From contig CATNEN010000039.1 in the NCBI GenBank assembly GCA_950097015.1, positions 5,084,001-5,148,000 on the forward strand: a stretch of DNA of 64,000 nt, read 5' to 3'. The stretch is from Macrostomum hystrix. Its lineage: Eukaryota; Animalia; Platyhelminthes. The notes beneath the pieces are model-generated. The model was not told the DNA's origin. It did not search any database and saw only the letters and a program-made list of their open reading frames with translations. Positions 60,609 through 64,000 of the stretch are shown here, one piece after another; position 1 is the stretch's first letter, and every line of letters begins with the position of its first letter. Made by a program: the position numbers and the translations under genes.

Positions 60609-63600
60609 ATGGTGCAGGTTCGCAAGCGAAGTGCCCATCTAGCAGCCCAGAGTCGGCTCTCGGCCGCAGCAAGGCGCGATAGCCTTGAAGATAGTGAAGA
60701 ATTCGACAGTGATGACAGTGCCGATGACCGAGATGACGATTCCAACGAGGACGAAGATTACGATCCGCAGGCGGCGGTCGCTGGCCTAGGCGATGAGGAA
60801 AGCAGCAGCGAGAGCGACGCTGATGACAGCGGCGATGCTGAAGAAGGCAGTGACACTGCTGCCACTGCGGACAATCGAACTACTGACCTCGCCGACAATG
60901 ACTCCGTTATCTCTGACAGCTCGGACAGCTCCGAAATCCAGATTGAGAACAAAGACTTTGCCTCGAATCACCTGCTGGCCTACGTGAACTATTCCTACAG
61001 CCGCAGCGAGCTGCACCTGCAGGCGCGCCCGAATCTCTGGCATTGTCTGCGCTTCGCCTCGACAATTCGCTCCCTGCGCGTCGGCCAGACCAAGTCGGCG
61101 TCGACGCTGCAGAAATCCGCCTGGCGACGATTGTTCGACGAAGCTTTTGGCGAGAATCGACCACCGGCTCCGGTTCTGTCCTCCCAGGACCTGGCCGATT
61201 ATCTGCCTCGCGTTCATCGCGGCGTACTAGACAACGAAGATAATTCCACTGAGGATCACAGCATCGCCTACTCGATTTGCCGCTTCGGCGAGCCGGAGGG
61301 TGAGGTAAAACGGCTGCCGATTCTGGGCGCGGACGCAAACGCCGGTTTGGCTTTCGCCGGCGGTCGAATTCGCTGTCTGGCTTGGCTGCCACCAATGCCC
61401 TGCTTGGGCCGGGATCAGGCCCAACTGCTGCTGGTGTGCCCCGACTGGCCTGAGGCCCAGCTGTCCGATGCGGAGAAGGCGAGGCGAAGGCGGAACGGGA
61501 CTGTGCAGATTTGGCGGGTTGGCGCTGACGGGGCAGAGGTGAGAGGAGGTTCTAATAACCGAGTAACTTTAGTCTTTAACTTATAAAATGAACCCCTTTC
61601 CAAGAATAGTTGGCTTCAATTATGCCTATTATTTAACAGAGAATAGTTGAATTTAAAAAATTCCCGAATAACGATTATCACTTATAATCGCAGATAATAA
61701 TAATTATCTTAGAATTTATTTCCATTTAAAATCATCAAATTTTTTAACGTAGAATAATAACTTTTTATCATGAATATTCTACCGAGGATAATTTACTTTT
61801 AATCATGAATATTCCAGGATAATTTAAATCATACATATTTCCCTATTACAAAAGGACAATCTAAGTAGTGGCACTCATTATGCACAGATTAGCATCGCGG
61901 CCTGTCTCTGCCACGAATTCGGCCCGATTGTGGCCTGCGCCTGGCTGCCCTCCCCTCCTCCAGTCGATGCCAAATCGGCTGCCCAGCATCACTACATCGC
62001 CCTGGCCTGCTCTGGCGACGGTCTCATCAGAATCGCTCGCCTGCCCGCCGCTAGTCAACTAATACTCGTATCTCCAACAGATAATCCCATTGCCGAGCCA
62101 CTGGGACCCTGTCTGAACCTTGGCCTCGCCAGTGTTCTAGTCTCTTCCTCTGCAGAATCTGGAAATGACTGCAGCGGTGAGCAGCAGCAGCAGCAGCTGG
62201 CTAAATACGGTTGGCCCACTTGTCTGGAGGTGCGCTACGACTCGCCCCAGCCGGTGCTGGTGCTGGCCGGCTTTTCTAGCGGCCTGTGCGCCGCCTGGCA
62301 CCTGGACTGCGTGCAATTTCACCATCGATCTGTTGGCGATGTTCAAGGACTGCGGTAATAACCTGCTTTAAAATTATCTGCTATTTAGTTATTTACAGTA
62401 GCTAGTAACGAGTTTTATTATAGGGGGCGAGTGGGTCAGCGGCTAACGTCGCTGCCTCGCACTCCAAAGGACGCTAGTTCGATTCACCCTTTAAGTCACG
62501 ATTAATTTCGGGACTTGTTGGGGGGGTTTGGACAGTAGCGACAGGCGGGGGTGCACCATATTTCGTGCAATCAAAGCTTGAAATAATAGCTTCGCTCCTA
62601 CCTTCTGTGTGCCTGTTCTGCGTTGTGTGAGTTGTGTGCGTTGGCGCTGGGGCGTGAGACCTTGCGGGGGGTGTCTGGAGGGTGGGTGTACTTGGCCTCT
62701 CGCACCAAGGTCCCTGAGCTCGATTCCGCTGCTAGGCCGCATTCATTTGGGGTGCAGTCGCGGAGAGAAGGCTTGGGGGGCTTGTCGTGAAATTTAGGCC
62801 CTTAAGGGCCCACCTCCAAGACACAGTGAAAGTTTAAACTTCCTGACTATGAGAAAGCCAGGGCAGATGTACACACCTGTGTGAGCGTGTACCTGCGTAT
62901 AGTATCTGTGTGCGTGTGTGCTCAAAGTGTCATAGAAATGGACAGAATTGCCTCCTCGCTGGCTGCGGGTCTAGTGTCACCAAATGATGTGCCATTGCCC
63001 GCAGCTGTCTGGCAATTATTATTATTATTATACAGTGTTTTAAGTGTCTTGCTAAAGGGACACAAATTGTTCCAGTGGAGTCAGGGATCGAACCCCGACC
63101 TACTAGGCTACAGATTTTGGTTACGTTCCGCTTAAACTATTTTCATCGGACTCGACAGTCAGTTAGCCTTCTCACCCCAAATCGACAACCCCTCCCCCGC
63201 AGCTATTCGGCCAAGTCGGCCTACCTGAACGCCAGCCGGGTCTGGCTGGCCAATCCAATCCGAGCACCGGTGCTGGCCATGCGCCTGGAGCCGGAGTGTG
63301 GCGATACCCTGGCAGTGAGCTGCGCCGATCGCCGAGTCCGACTGTACTCTTTGTCCCAGCTGGCTGGGGCGCATCCGGCTCAGCTGCTGCGACTGCCGCT
63401 TCACAGCCTGGCCAGGTAGAACCCGCATCCTGCCTGTGCTAATCTGCATCTCAATCTATTGTCTGCACATGCCACACCCCCCACCAACACAGAGACCTGG
63501 CCTGGTGCAGCCATGGTGTGCTGCTCTGCGCCAGCGAACTCTGCGGAGCTCCCAGCGAAGCCTCGTCAGCCGGCGCCTCCGCTCTGACCGGCCACCCGGT

Positions 63601-64000
63601 GACCGCCGGACACTCAGCCAGCCTTGACGACTCTGTGCAGTCGGGCTGGCGACTGGCCCACAGTCCGCTGCGAGACGGCCTGGCCACTGCGCGCCTCAGC
63701 GGCCAAGTTCGAGTCTCCCAACTGCCAGTGTCGATGCTTTTTCAGTCGCGTCGCGGACTTCGCCATTCGCCGATGTTGTCGCTGCAGCAGGCCACACCCA
63801 GCCGGCCCTGGCTGGCGGCCAACCTGATTGGCTGCGAATCAGCGGTCGCTCTGGCCAGCTGTCCTGACTGTCCGACCTGCTGTCACAGCGCAGTCCGCTG
63901 TTACGCCTGCGTCCGAGCCACGCATCGCCTCCGGCTGACTCTGCCGCCTTCGACGTCCATGATGGCCGCCCTCGCCTCTGACGCCAAGAAGAAGCTGGCG
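60609..64000 (+). CDS. GTF3C2: General transcription factor IIIC subunit 2 (TFIIIC110)-like WD40 protein; runs off the window
   Basis: Exons 60609-61538, 61888-62354, 63203-63415 and 63493->64000 join in frame. Acidic N-terminus, then FAGGRIRCLAWLP, GTVQIWRVG, GPIVACAWLPS, IALACSGDGLIRIARLP, VLAGFSSGLCAAWHL, LAVSCADRRVRLYSL, in the order recalled for GTF3C2 WD repeats. Confidence 0.72.
62690..63030 (+). mobile_element. SINE family A copy (SINE-B fragment at ~63040-63110; another tRNA-like head at ~62423-62490)
   Basis: Body matches the other A copies; (ATT)n tail at ~63015-63030. Confidence 0.82.

Overview
Eukaryotic (animal) genomic DNA with GC-rich, polyQ-containing exons and introns or intergenic spacers filled with minisatellites, tRNA-derived SINEs and MITEs. 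The style suggests a free-living flatworm such as Macrostomum (inference only). Left part: a + strand fibrinogen-related-domain (FReD) gene whose intron holds a SINE interrupted by a full-length PIF/Harbinger transposon (Myb/SANT protein, DDE transposase, 26-bp TIRs, CTG TSD). Middle (13.5-55.5 kb): six consecutive minus-strand genes, in order DJ-1/PARK7 -> DIS3L2-like A -> DPF/d4 -> ATG7 -> DIS3L2-like B -> zinc-finger gene. The five downstream genes each have a 3' splice acceptor 5-35 nt before the ATG, consistent with an SL trans-spliced operon. Right end: a divergent GTF3C2-like WD40 gene, truncated by the window edge. Most notable: the second DIS3L2 paralogue retains the catalytic motif and appears to carry a mitochondrial-presequence-like N-terminus; a 42-bp minisatellite is built from a splice acceptor plus exon start; and CLEAR/CRE palindromes lie upstream of ATG7. 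Exon boundaries were read by eye from GT/AG signals and frame continuity. Most long ORFs in the supplied track are repeat artefacts.
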